Origin: Macrostomum lignano
Taxonomy: Eukaryota
Direction: 5' to 3'
DNA: 64,000 bases
Assembly: GCA_002269645.1 (NCBI GenBank)
Contig: NIVC01000323.1
Span: forward strand, 1 to 64,000
Part shown: piece after piece, positions 18,471 to 31,344 of the stretch
Position numbering within the stretch: the first letter of the stretch is position 1
Layout of the letters: every line of letters starts with the position of its first letter
The notes under the pieces: model-generated
The model's database searches: none
What the model was told of the DNA's origin: nothing
The model's input: the letters and a program-made list of their open reading frames with translations, nothing else
Translations under genes and position numbers: made by a program

Positions 18471-19334
18471 TTGACAGATTTCACGCAGACTGTTGCAAGC
18501 AGAAAGTAGAACATTGATTTTTAATGCTTTAATCGCTTTTTAACATTCGATAAAAACTGACTTCTAGATTATCATAACTAATTGCTTTGCATATGACAAT
18601 GACCTCAAACATACAGATGTTTAATTTTGTGTATGCTTTTAATATTTAACTACTTAAGATCAATATTAATAGCCAAAATCTGGTGGTGTTGCAGTGTCTT
18701 TCTATTACACTGGCTTGATTTTCGGGTGTCGCATATAAGTTTCAATTAATGGCTTTTTAATTATCAGCTTTCACTTTTCAGACTACCTTGATTAGTAGTC
18801 TTAAATATATGAATACATGCAGGTGTTTCAGTATCAGTGTTGTCCTGCCAAATCAAGTAGAATTAAGCCTAATGTTACGTTGCATCTGAGTATTTAGTTT
18901 TACGACTACTATAACATGCTGCTGATATGGTATCAAAGTATGCATTACTGTAGTAACTTTTATTATAGTGTAGTGACAGTGAGTACTTCGTTAGATTTCA
19001 GGTACAAAGCTCATAATTATCTTGCCTTCTCTATTGATTTAGTCGTTTTCCTTTTAAATTTAAATCTGAAACATATAAGGAATGATTTTCTGTGTGTCAC
19101 TCAGAAGTTCCACTAGTGACTAGTAGTGAGTGACGCATGCAAAAGAAACGACGGGCAGCAGGCATATCACGTTTGATTAATCAAAAATACACATTTCACC
19201 AGCTTCCGCTTCAAAAGTATTGTAAGACAGTGGTAAAAAGGTTTCCATATTTTGTAATGTGTCCTGAATAAACGGTCCTGATCATTCAAACACGTCTCAG
19301 AAAATACAGAAAACTTTTATTTTATTTCATAATA

Positions 19335-20248
19335 TAGGATTTTTCGTTTGATTTCATAAAATTGTCATTTGATTTCGTCCATAGAAGTTGGCAGCGCGGC
19401 CATAGAGTCTATGGCAATAAAGTGCGCTGTTTTCCGATTGAATTCATAACTTTGCCACTTCATTTCGACATACCCAGTAGAAAGGCAACAGAAAAGTCGA
19501 TGCGCTTGTCCAGTACAGAAAGAACTGTTAAAAACAGAAAGCTGTGTATTTAAGTCACATGAGGAAGTAGGCAGTTGCAACAGTAAAATCAGTTATGTCC
19601 GCCAAAGTTAATGCTCGTTCGCTGCAACAAGCTACAAATTTCACATTATCTGCTGCTCATTGATGCACAGGGGCAGAAACCGCATCACATGTCGTTCCCA
19701 GGCAAGGCACTTCGCGGCGGAAATTTCCTCTCGTGCAACGTAGCCGCAGCGGAAAAGCACCATGAGTCTCCACTGCGTTAGGTTGATGCCATCAGGCGGA
19801 TTGCTAAGTTCCTGTTGAAGCTCAGGTGTTGCTAGCTGGCGTTTAAGCGAAGCCTTGAGACAACTGTGTGCCTGCTCCGCGGCGTTAAGAAATGGAGAGT
19901 ACGGTGGCAGAGTTCCCAGTTGAATACGATTGGCCGCGTTTATACGTTTCCAATGGACGCGTATGCAGCCATTTTTAGGCACACAAGGACTGTTGCCCAA
20001 GAAGAGGACACGTTCATACAGGCTTTTCATTTCTATGAGAGGTTTGGCCATAGATATTCACCCACTGATATCCCAGCCCCCTCTGGCAGTGTTTGAGTCA
20101 CTCCGCGCGTCAAGTCGAAATGAAGTGGCAAAGTTATGAATTCAATCGGAAAACAGCGCACTTTATTGCCATAGACTCTATGGCCGCGCTGCCAACTTCT
20201 ATGGACGAAATCAAATGACAATTTTATGAAATCAAACGAAAAATCCTA
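19335..20248 (-). mobile_element. Internally deleted Tc1/IS630-superfamily DNA transposon (~914 bp)
   Basis: 135-bp inverted repeats at 19335-19469 and 20114-20248, with no mismatch found by eye, flanked by TA. The internal minus ORF 19641-20051 has the DDE_3 C-terminal motif LPPYSPFLNAAEQAHSCLK. The exact end within TATA is ambiguous. Confidence 0.9.
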
Positions 20249-20435
20249 TATTTCTTTCTTTAAAATCTACGACAACTGGCTGTCAGTAAAATTTGACTGC
20301 CAGGTCAAATTTAAACCTAACCTAAATCGTCCACAGTAAAATGACAATATCACCTTACTTCGGGTGTCTCTTTTTTTGACCAGACGCGAGTTTCAAATGA
20401 TTAAATTAGTTAGTTCTTTCACCGCGTTGGAGCTC

Positions 20436-21300
20436 TTATCCGCGAACGTAAAACTCGCCAAAAGATTCGTTGGCCAGACTGAATGGCAGAGCAGGAAAAT
20501 CCAGCAAGTGGCAGAGACCCTGCTTTGAGTAGAGCACGGCAGGGCAGGTGGGATGCTGACACAGGCTCATGCACCCGATCCGGCTCCTGTTAGTTGAGAT
20601 CGTGTTGTAAGCAGGTGCCGAGGCATTGTTCATTGCGGCATAGGTTCGATTGCCCAGGTGAAGATGAATTGGTCTGGAAATGTAAGGGAGAAATTTTGCT
20701 TTCTAGCAAAAAAATTTGCAACGATTAGCACCCCTCACTCTAAATCGCAGTTTAGATTCGTGTGTACATGAGATAGTGCTGTCTGTGGTCTCTGTGTTTT
20801 CTCAAGTGCAAGATTAAGTTGATTGCAACATGTAATCATAAGTTAGCGGCCGATGCAATGAGCAGCTCACCTTGGTAGTTCAACTGATACACCGAATTTA
20901 CATTTTGTCCGCCGCAAATTTTTGATGGATCTCCCCCACAGCCTTCGTTGCACAGCGACTCGTATGCCGAGCCCTGCGAGCCATACGAATCGCTGCAGAA
21001 GCACCAAGCCGCGGCCTGGACGCCAAAGTAGCGAGTTCCCGTCATGCTGCACAGAGCGGCACACAATTCGAGCGTCATCAACGAGCTCAGAATCGCGAAC
21101 TCGTAGCTCGTGACTGACTGGGAGCCGATTCTTGCCACGTTATATGGCTTTATTGGTGTCATATCACGGACTCCGTTTGTAAAGTATTTGAAGCAGCCAA
21201 GATAGGAAAGTTGGACTTTTCTAGTGCCGAGGCCAGCCACACCTGCGGCGATACAGTAAACCACACCTGCCAGAAGCTTGACATGGATGCTGTGAAGCAT
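20436..21300 (-). CDS. Secreted WSC-domain protein with a C-terminal PAN/Apple-like Cys module; exons 21300-20871 and 20673-20436
   Basis: Signal peptide MLHSIHVKLLAGVVYCIAAGVAG. WSC pattern YLGCF..MTLELCAALC..YFGVQAAAWCFC..CNEGCGGDPSKICGG. GTGAG donor and TTTCCAG acceptor. The frame needs one extra G in the GGG run 20653-20655. Exon 2 has SRIGCMSLCQHPTCPAVLY..GLCHL. Confidence 0.8.
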
Positions 21301-21569
21301 TTTTTTCGGTCGTAGCACTTTTCACCCAACTGGAGTTGACTATCCGCGTATAGTTGAGCAGCAGTTCTTGTAGGATGCGAAGTCTTAAAAAGTATGCACA
21401 TATATGAAAGAGGCTTTTTGAGTTGATTTGGGATTGCCAGACTGTCTTTGTTTGGTTGCCAGGCAGGTTTCAAACAGAGAGATTCTGTACACTACTCTGC
21501 AGATGCAAACTAATATATTATTGATTTCTAGAGTATTAACGATTCCTTGCTGCGATGATGAGCGTTTTG

Positions 21570-21935
21570 TTCTTTTTTCTTGCAATGCTTTTTCTTCCAA
21601 GTGTCGTGCTGTGTTAGCGTGTTGTTGCATTGAGTTGGCTGGCTGCTTCTAGAAGCAGAAGTGCTCTCGCTCAGCGCTGTCTCTTTCCGCTCCTCCTAAT
21701 TGTAGTCCAAGTTGCTTGACAAGTGCTGGAACCTCTTGGAGGAATTGGGAGCCTGCGCAATGTGGCGACTAGAGAGTAAGGTGGAGAGCCAGATAGAAAC
21801 CTGTGTGTTTTCCTGTTAAGTACGGCTAGCTAGAAACTTTCCACTTGAGGCATATTTTTTGTGCTATACAGTTTCCCTCTCTGCATCTGCCTATAATGTC
21901 TACCAGTTTCTCTACCTGTATATCTCCCTCCGATT
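21570..21935 (+). repeat. Dispersed repeat, copy 1 (copy 2 at ~35083-35580)
   Basis: Shared blocks such as GTGTCGTGCTGTG, GCAGAAGTGC.CTCGCTCAGCGCT, GACAAGTGCTGGAACCTCT and CAGATAGAAACCTGTGTGTTTTCCTGTT. Confidence 0.85.
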
Positions 21936-22340
21936 TTATGATAGTGAACGATATTTTTTGTGTGACGTTACATATTTAGAACTGGTGAAGTTTTTAAGCT
22001 TTTAGGTGGTCTTTTCTTTCGATTTGCAAATTTAAGCAGCATAAGCACAGCGAGTATTGAAGAAATGAAATCAAATCTGAGGTCTTTAGTGACTTTAGCT
22101 GGGAGTTAAAATCATAGATACAACTGTAAAGAATCAAGGCATCGAAGCGAAGCTTCATGGCACAACATTTCTTCTGGTTGATATCATTGCCGCAGTAGAG
22201 TTATTTGAAACCTTGATAAGCGCATCAAAAACTACTGCAATTTTCAGCTCATAAAAAATCTAGGATTCGAAATGCGAAGTGATCAGGAGCGATTCGGTTT
22301 TTGAATATGCTGCTACTTCTTCGTGCCAGCATATTCTCTT

Positions 22341-23935
22341 CTAGGTCGGGGGTTGATCCTCTTCAGCGACAGGCTTCTTCCTCCCTGGCAAGCCTGTTGG
22401 TCCTCCTCGCCTTAACACAGAAGCTCTTCTGGCGCTCAACCGGGAGCTGGGCGAGGCAAAGGTACCCCCAGACTCCGTCAGCGTAGTGGGCGACCGCGCG
22501 CACCGTGGCGATGTGGGCAATGTGAGCACCTCGAAAGGGGCGCCGCCGCTGCGCGTGGCCAGAGCCGCAAGCAGGCGTCTGCGGGCGGTCATGCGGCGTC
22601 TCAAGTCTGCAGCGTGTTGGGCGAAGGTTAGCTGGCCGTCCAGTTTGACTCCGAGGAAGACCGGGTAAGCCTCATAGGAGAGTGGTTGGCCGCCGATGTA
22701 GAGCACTTTGCCATTGCTCTCGCTGGGGGCTAGGGAGAAGGTGGTGAAACAGCATTTACTGATACTCGGCTCTACTTTCTACCGGACACACCAGTTGAAG
22801 GCCGCGTTCAGGGCGGGCTAGAGGAGCTTGGAGCTCGGCACAACGAGGTAGTGATAGTGCGGTGCTGAGGAGGGCTAAGTCGTCGTTGTAGAGGCTGAGG
22901 CCGGCATTCGGGGCGGCGTTAGCGAAATCCGCGGCGAGGTCGTTAACATAGACATTCCAGAGCGTCGGGGTGATAACACTTCCCTTTCCTGGCTAACGAC
23001 GGCGTTCCAGTTTACTCAGGCCCGGCGCTGCCAGAGGAAGCCGCGGACCCATCGGACGAGTCGGCGGCCGATCCCTAAGCGCAGCAGCTTAGCGTACAGG
23101 GCCCGGCCCCAGACTCTATTGTACGCCCAGCTGAAGTCCAGCAGAGCCAGGATGCTCCGCAGCGGCGTCTTGTTTTCCAGGCCATCAAAGATATCCTGCA
23201 CACGCGGGCGATGTTCCTCGCAGCTGCAGCGGAAGCCGGCCTGGCAGGCTGAGAGCTTGTTCTGGGACTCCAGCATCCAGTTGAGTCTCGCCAGAATCAG
23301 GCGTTCGGCGGATCTGCAGCTACTGCACCAGTTGTCTCTATCCAAAGGATTCCGGGTGGCAGCACGCCAGCAGGAGAGGCTGGTCGGCGTCGCGCGGAGC
23401 GACGGGCTGCGCCGTAGACGGCGGCTGAGTTGGGGGCCGGGCCGGTAAACCGGGCCTGCAGGCTGCGGGGTGGAGTCGTTGGGAACTCCGTCGCAGCGGA
23501 CGGCGATGACATCGCCCAGTGGTGGGCAGAAATCCTCGGCCGGCTTGAGTTTTGCCTCTTGGAGTAGGACTCCCGCAGGACGCGCGGTTTCCAGCCGAGA
23601 GCTTAGTTCCGGATAGCGGCTGTGGATGCCGTCAAAATTGAACCGCATGAACGGGAACTCTGGGCTCCGTGTGTCTCCGGGAGGCGGCGTACGGCGTCAG
23701 CATTTGCCGCGTCTGCGTCCTGTGGTGTCGTTTTCTGCTCCACCCCTGCGAAGGCGCAGGACACAATGGAGGTTTTCTGGCTCGGCGGGCGGCGTTTTTT
23801 CGGAAGGTCTGTGCTGGTGCGGACCATTTGTCGTTCCCAGGTCGGGGCCTGAGTCCAGGGGCCCCCGGGGCTTCGACTGATTGTTCATGTCAGTAGAAGT
23901 CGCTTCGAGGAGGGTGTCCACAAGCCCCCGTTGTG

Positions 23936-23993
<58 letters not shown>

Positions 23994-23995
23994 CT
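22341..23995 (-). mobile_element. Degenerate, internally deleted non-LTR retrotransposon (APE start + RT fragments; I/R1/Ingi-like group)
   Basis: FNFDGIHSRYPELSSRL..VLLQEAKL (endonuclease start); QAGFR..LLDFSWAYNRVW; VLSPTLWNVYVNDL; LYNDDLAL (YADD equivalent); YPVFLGVKLDGQLTFAQH. Multiple frameshifts. Confidence 0.88.
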
Positions 23996-24005
23996 GTTGT
24001 TGTTG
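23935..24005. repeat. (CAG/CAA)n microsatellite, 23 triplets on the minus strand
   Basis: Direct reading. Confidence 0.95.
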
Positions 24006-25419
24006 GCTGCGGAGTGCGGCAAGCTAGAGGGGTATCCAGCCGATCTCCCCCAAGAGCCGCGCCACCAGTTGACCATTGGTGAGGTCCTTCAGTCCAGTAA
24101 TTCCAATCTGACGTCGAGCCCCATCAAGGGCCGGGCAGCTGACCAGGTGGTACTGTTCCACCTCCAGGCCGCATCGAGCACAGGTAGCGTGGTCTAGTTG
24201 TGGTCCGATCCTGCACTGAAAGTAGACCGACTTGGGACAGTGGCCAGCACGAACTTGAGCCACCATGGTCTGCTGTAGTCTCGTTCCCGAATGGAAGGTC
24301 AAACAGCTGCCGTAGATGTCTTTCAGATGGCCGCTGAGTTGCGGCTCATAGCGAACATGCTTTCTGATCTAACACTTCGCTGCACCCAGGGTAACGGGGA
24401 CAAGATTCTGGTCCAGTTGAGCTGCTTTCTTCGCTTCAAGGTCGACGAGCTCGTTACCATGAATGCCGGCATGCCCCGGGACCCACTGGATGTCAATCCT
24501 GACGTCAATCCTCTTTCAGCCGAGAGAAGATCGCGCTTCAAGTTTTCCAGGAGCACATTGAGGGTGGGCCTGTCAGCGGCCAGCCCTCTCACAGCCGACT
24601 GGCTGTCGGTCAGAAGGCAGGCAGAGGACGGTCGGTGCTCAATAATGTCGGCAACGGCAGCCTGAAGGGCAATCAGCTCAGTCTCGTACGAGGAGCACCA
24701 ACGGCCCGCAGGCAGCCGGCCAGCACGAACAGGTTGCCCGGTGTGCTCGGTCAGCATGATCCAGGCCGCACCCCCGCACTCACTGCCCCCCGTAGCCGAG
24801 CCATCAGTATAGTACAGGCAGTCTGCAAGATGGCGCTTAAGCGTATGATTGATGACCTCCTGAAGCCTCAGGTTGTTCTGACGGTCACTCCACGTGCTCA
24901 TCAAGTCCGAGCAGAGCCGAATGTTCTGACCTGTGAGGCAGAGCCACGGTGGCGTGCGAATCCAGTCGTTAGGACGTCTGGGCATGTTCAGGAACCCGCT
25001 GGTGATTTCACGAGCTTGTTCACGCAGTCCTCTGTTGGCTTTTAACCGAACAGTCATCTGCCTTTCACACACAGCCCGCCAGGGATCATTGTCCGGACGC
25101 TTGAGGGCTTTTTCGACCGCAATGAGGGCCCTTCTCTTGGCTTCCGTGCTGATCGGAATACATCCGGCTTCTTTGTAGAGCGCCTCACACGGGGTGGATT
25201 TCGGCAGACCGGTGATCAGGCGGAGAGCTTCCCGTTGCGAGCGATCAAGGGCATCGAGCTTAGATTTGGACAGCCACGGCATCCAGGCAGCCGCCGCGTG
25301 CCACACAATTGCTTCAACCACGGCTTTGTAGACACCCGGCAGCATGGTGGCGCTCCAGCCCCACTCTTTGTTGGACAGGGCGCGGATGATAGACATTCTT
25401 CGCTGCATCTTACGGTGTC
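24006..25419 (-). mobile_element. 5'-truncated LINE: RT thumb, RNase H and C-terminal Cys/His motif
   Basis: IRALSNKEWG..ALRLITG; YYTDGS..ETELIAL..LTDSQSA..QWVPGHAGIHGNELVD; CARCGLEVEQYHLVSCP. One frameshift and one stop. Flanked by identical CAACAACAAC 10-mers. Confidence 0.92.
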
Positions 25420-25699
25420 GTTGTTGTTGCCAGTACCCCCTAGAGAAAGATTCGCTCACTCCTGTTCCGCACCATGCGCTCTGTACCAATTCCAGAAACT
25501 CGGGGCCTCTTCCAGTTTGTCCTGTAGGTCCTTTAGATTTAACAATCCGGCCGCTTCCCTTTTTCTCTAGGTGGCCAGGCAATACAAAACGTGCTCAATT
25601 AACTCTTCCTCCTTATTGCGCATCCTACACCTATCGCTCGAACTTCTTCCAATTCTCTTGCAGTAGCTTTGCAGTTCCCGGAAGTGTCCTGTCCTCATC

Positions 25700-25960
25700 C
25701 GTCCGCCCTACCTGGCCGCCAGATCGCAACGTTGTTCCAGACGATGGTCGAGACCGTCCTGCTGTGCGACGCCGAGACCTGGACGCTGACGTGCTCCCTT
25801 GATCAACAAGTAGACGCGGTGCACGCTGGCCTACTGCGCGCCACCTTCAAGATCTGCGACAAGCGGGTCACCAATGCGACACTGTAATGCCACGCCGTCC
25901 TGGTTCGTCCAAGCGACCTTTTGCACCGTTGGCAACTCCAGCCGGCAGACCGCATTATCC
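25700..25960 (+). mobile_element. RTE-like LINE fragment (RT thumb region), degenerate
   Basis: IATLFQTMVETVLLCDAETWTLT..LLRATFKI..RVTNATL resembles the LLY.AETWTL motif of RTE-clade elements. Confidence 0.7.
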
Positions 25961-28319
25961 CAAAGTCCTAATTTGGTAGTAATGCCCAAAGCCGGTGCAG
26001 CGATCTGCGGCGTGGCATTTCGGCCGTTCAGGGATTAGCGGAGTGGGCATCCGCACCTTTCCGCTGTGTCCCCTCCGGGACAGGCCTGCAGCTAAGTTAA
26101 GTAAGTCAAGCGGCGTGGCCTTCGTTTACGACCTAGCCCAGTCCTTTCTAAAGACTGACAGCGTATTTTGTTGTTGTTGCTGGACGCCAACCATTTCCAT
26201 AGCTTGCAAGACTAGCTCTGCAGCTAAAAAGTTTTTGGTCTTAAGAGTCGGCGGTAGCTTCTACTCCAAAGGACGAGTTTTTCAATAAGAAAATTGTATT
26301 TTGAGGCCATAAAACCTGGCGAGCAGCAAGATTCAGCTTCCATCTGGAGACAAGCCTATCGTAATGGCAAAAATGCAACTTCAGTCTGACGTACCCATGC
26401 TAGACTGTTTAAGAGATCTGTTTAGCATCTAATGTCTTTGCGATTCTAATAATACTACTTCTCTAAGTCGGAAAGTAGCACGAGTATGATATCCGTTTTA
26501 TTTTTTTTTGCAAATCTATTTTGTATGCATGAGTTCTATTAAGAGATCAGAAAGCATGACCTCAGATAATAAGCTTCCTAAGATGCATTTTCACCCTAAG
26601 CCATCTCTCTCCCTCTCTCACAGTCATCCAAGTCAACTGTTACACTGGATTGCTCAAAAAATAGCATTTTGTGTATAATTATTCTCGCACCTACTGAAGA
26701 TTCACCTTCGTGAATAATTTAGGCTGTGCAGCAGCCGGTTGGGAATCGGTTCCGCAATATTATAGCTACATGCGAGTACAGGGAGAGAGAATCAATCGAT
26801 TTTCAATGCCCTGCTACCGCATACGCGGTCTCTTCTGATGTAATTCAATATAATAATGCGCGTACGGCAGGCGGGGGAGGCTGCAGATGAAGGAGAGAAT
26901 AATTCAACAAGCCTATATGAGCATCTTCCAGCAGAGAGTAAGCCAGGGGTTAATAACCATGCATGGCTACCAGCGCATTATGCAGAGGCCTAGTAGAAGG
27001 AGTTGTAAGAAATCAATAAGCCCTGCTGAAAAGTGTATCGACTATATTCTGCCGGGCGTTATACTAATGCTGTCACATCCATGCACCAATGAAGCTGTTT
27101 CTTGTCTTTTACAGTTGCTATAGCTAGGGAGTAAGTCGTTTACACCACACGAAGCTCTCGCCTCAGTGCTATAAGTTGCGGCAAAGTAGTATGCATATGC
27201 ATACAGTGTTTGAATAATTCATTATTAACTCAAACTCGTGTTGATGGTTGGTTGTCGCTTGCGTCCACTTGGGCTGGACTATCTATAATCCATATTTTAT
27301 ATGATTGTGCACGCTTTCTAACTATTATAGTTGTGCATAGGACTTAATGATGAGTTTATGCATTCTAGAAGTAAATGTTTCTCACCTTTAAGTAGGCGGA
27401 CAGAGGGTAAATTATAAATCGAACAATTTACTGACGAATTGGTGTATTAATTTGTGAATTTCTAAAGCGTCTTATGTGATTTTTTTTAACTACTTTTGAT
27501 TTGCCAAAAGTCTTCTGTCTGTCGCCGTTGCAGTTGTAATTGATGAATGTTTATTAACAGTTGGGCGAATCATCTCAGTTGCTAATATTAACAAAGGAAC
27601 GCTACTACCTTAAGTTGTTAAACCAACTTCAACCCATGTACATAGATCAGATAAAGCTGTACCCATGCTCGAGAGTTGCCTCTTGGATATTTGTAAAATG
27701 GGTTGTTGAAGAGCATCTGTAGCTGGCGCCCCTCTGTCCTCTTTAGCAATATTCACTTTGATCCAAAACTGAATATCCCGACTTGTCTTTAGGGGCTAAA
27801 GAAACTTGACATTTCTACAGCACATGAAGCTCAACAATCCTGATCAATCCCACTTTACGGGAATTGACGGCTATAGCCAACTGGTCAGCAGCGCCACAGA
27901 GGGGAAGACAAGGCTGGACACGGGCTGGCCCAATGCTTCAACTCATAATGGCCACAGGCGCGCAGGCGTTGAAAGGCAAGGCGCCGCTGTAACTTTTATT
28001 ATTAATAATTCAATCCTCATCGCCATGGCACGGCAGAGGCGGCTGCAGTCAGGTGCTGGGAGGCCAATAAAACGTTCAGCTGGCTAGTAAATTCCCCAAA
28101 CTTCTGAGCGCCTGTTCCCCCCCCCCTGCGGCGCTCATTAGCTGCAGTTACGCGATTGGGAAGTGTTCAGGAAACTGCCTTGGGCTGCATCATGAGCTGC
28201 CAAGTGGTCCATGCTAGACACTTGTGAATGCGTTAAAGTTAGAATTTTAGGTAATTTTTACGCTTTGGTTGAATTTTACTGCTTTGACTGCTCTATGAAT
28301 TCCTGTAAAGTGCTTCTGC

Positions 28320-28860
<541 letters not shown>

Positions 28861-29502
28861 TGTCTCTCAATCTAATCAAATTTATTTTTAACAGAAATAT
28901 TATTTTCTGGTACGGGTACAATTGTACTTTTTTCGACAAAGTTGTGACATTTCCGTTTTATTTTAATTTTATAGAACTATTCTAATATAACAATTATACC
29001 TACCTTCACCCCAACCCGCTCGCAAGCTATTTTCACTGAGTCATTGGTTTCTTATAGTAGGCCATCCCTGCAGATAGCAGCTGGTTGCAGTTAACAGGCT
29101 TCAGTCAAGGCAGATTAACAGGCAGACACAGATAATATTTCACTTCTCTGCAATTCAGCCACCCAGGTATCAAATGGAAGTTAAAAATAATCTGCAATCA
29201 GTGCGATCAGGACCGATAAACGGGAGCGTTTTGCTGTCTCTACCACCAACCCGTCTCCCCCGTCTCTCTGCTTCAGGAAAAGAATCTGGGATTTTTATTG
29301 CAGTATTGCTGCTGGGTTCTGCCAGCCCGGTTGCTGGGCAAGTGGCCGCGGCTTGCTAAATATTTTTGTCTGGCTTAGTATTATCTATTATATCTGGAGC
29401 TTGTCTGTCTGTCTGTCATCCAACTCTCATGTTTTCTTTTTTCATAAATATACATAGTAGACCTACCTTTATTCTCATATTTCTTCTCATCCCTGAGTGT
29501 GA

Positions 29503-30823
29503 CACTGAAACTCCAGCTTGGCGCCCCACTAAAACTCCAGCTTGGCGCCTCACTAAAACTCCAGCTTGGCGCCTCACTAAAACTCCAGCTTGGCGCCTCA
29601 CTAAAACTCCAGATTGGCGCCCCACTAAAACTCCAGCTTGGCGCCTCACTAAAACTCCAGCTTGGCGCCTCACTGAAACTCCAGCTTGGCGCCTCACTAA
29701 AACTCCAGCTTGGCGCCTCACTGAAACTCCAGCTTGGCGCCTCACTGAAACTCCAGCTTGGCGCCTCACTAAAACTCCAGCTTGGCGCCTCACTAAAACT
29801 CCAGCTTGGCGCCTCACTAAAACTCCAGCTTGGCGCCTCACTAAAACTCCAGATTGGCGCCCCACTAAAACTCCAGCTTGGCGCCTCACTAAAACTCCAG
29901 CTTGGCGCCTCACTAAAAATCCAGATTGGCGCCTCACTAAAACTCCAGCTTGGCGCCTCACTAAAACTCCAGATTGGCGCCTCACTAAAACTCCAGCTTG
30001 GCGCCCCACTAAAACTCCAGCTTGGCGCCCCTTTAAAACTCCAGATTGGCGCCTCACTAAAACTCCAGATTGGCGCCTCACTAAAAATCCAGATTGGCGC
30101 CTCACTAAAACTCCAGCTTGGCGCCCCTTTAAAACTCCAGATTGGCGCCTCACTAAAAATCCAGATTGGCGCCTCACTAAAACTCCAGATTGGCGCCTCA
30201 CTAAAACTCCAGATTGGCGCCTCACTAAAACTCCAGATTGGCGCCCCACTAAAACTCCAGCTTGGCGCCCCTTTAAAACTCCAGATTGGCGCCTCACTAA
30301 AACTCCAGATTGGCGCCTCACTAAAACTCCAGATTGGCGCCTCACTAAAAATCCAGATTGGCGCCTCACTAAAACTCCAGATTGGCGCCTCACTAAAACT
30401 CCAGATTGGCGCCTCACTAAAAATCCAGATTGGCGCCTCACTAAAACTCCAGATTGGCGCCTCACTAAAACTCCAGATTGGCGCCTCACTAAAACTCCAG
30501 CTTGGCGCCCCACTAAAACTCCAGATTGGCGCCTCACTAAAACTCCAGATTGGCGCCTCACTTAAAATCCAGATTGGCGCCTCACTAAAACTCCAGATTG
30601 GCGCCTCACTAAAACTCCAGATTGGCGCCTCACTAAAACTCCAGATTGGCGCCTCACTAAAACTCCAGCTTGGCGCCTCACTAAAAATCCAGATTGGCGC
30701 CTCACTAAAACTCCAGCTTGGCGCCTCACTAAAACTCCAGCTTGGCGCCTCACTAAAACTCCAGATTGGCGCCTCACTAAAACTCCAGATTGGCGCCTCA
30801 CTAAATCTCTAGATTGGCGCCCC
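29503..30823. repeat. 24-bp minisatellite (ACTAAAACTCCAG[C/A]TTGGCGCCTC)n, ~55 copies
   Basis: Tandem copies; explains the TKTPAWRL-type ORFs. Confidence 0.97.
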
Positions 30824-31344
30824 TTGAACCCTGATTCTTGTTTTTATAAAAAAAGAGCCAAGACACTGCAGAGAAAAATAATTTGTTATAATTTCACGGA
30901 GATTCAAATTTCGATATTCAGCATTCGATACCCAAGTGGCCAAGGAGCTGATAAATGTGAACAGGCGCAGGACAGACAAAATTTCCCAATATTTTGATGT
31001 CGAGCAGCTCCCATGGGGAATCCGCAATCGCAGGAGATATGATAGAAAAATCCTGGAGGGGAAGAAAATTCCAATTATTTTGATTTCCTTCCTGCCGAGG
31101 CAACCGATTGCGCAATAGCCGGGGCTGGTGAGAGAGGCTGAGCGCTGCGACAGATTGTGGGGACCGCCGAACATCTGGATTGGAAACCCGTTTAACCCTC
31201 GGGCAAAGCCAGGAGCGAGAATCAGTTGGAGAGCACCTTCACGTATTGCTGAATAATTAAAGTCTTTGCTTTCGATACTTAGAGACCGGCTCGAGTTTTA
31301 AGACGGATTAAATTCTAAGTAATATATGCATATTTTCCTGAATA

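Noticed and set aside
23860-23905. Possible decayed 2A-like peptide (LLLT*TISRSPGGP) ahead of the LINE endonuclease, as in Ingi-type elements
   Set aside because: Only the spacing and PG agree with D[V/I]ExNPGP, and it contains a stop; too degenerate to support.
26300-27130. Coding-looking stretch with 50-80-codon open frames
   Set aside because: No recognisable domain or consistent splice pattern; left unannotated.
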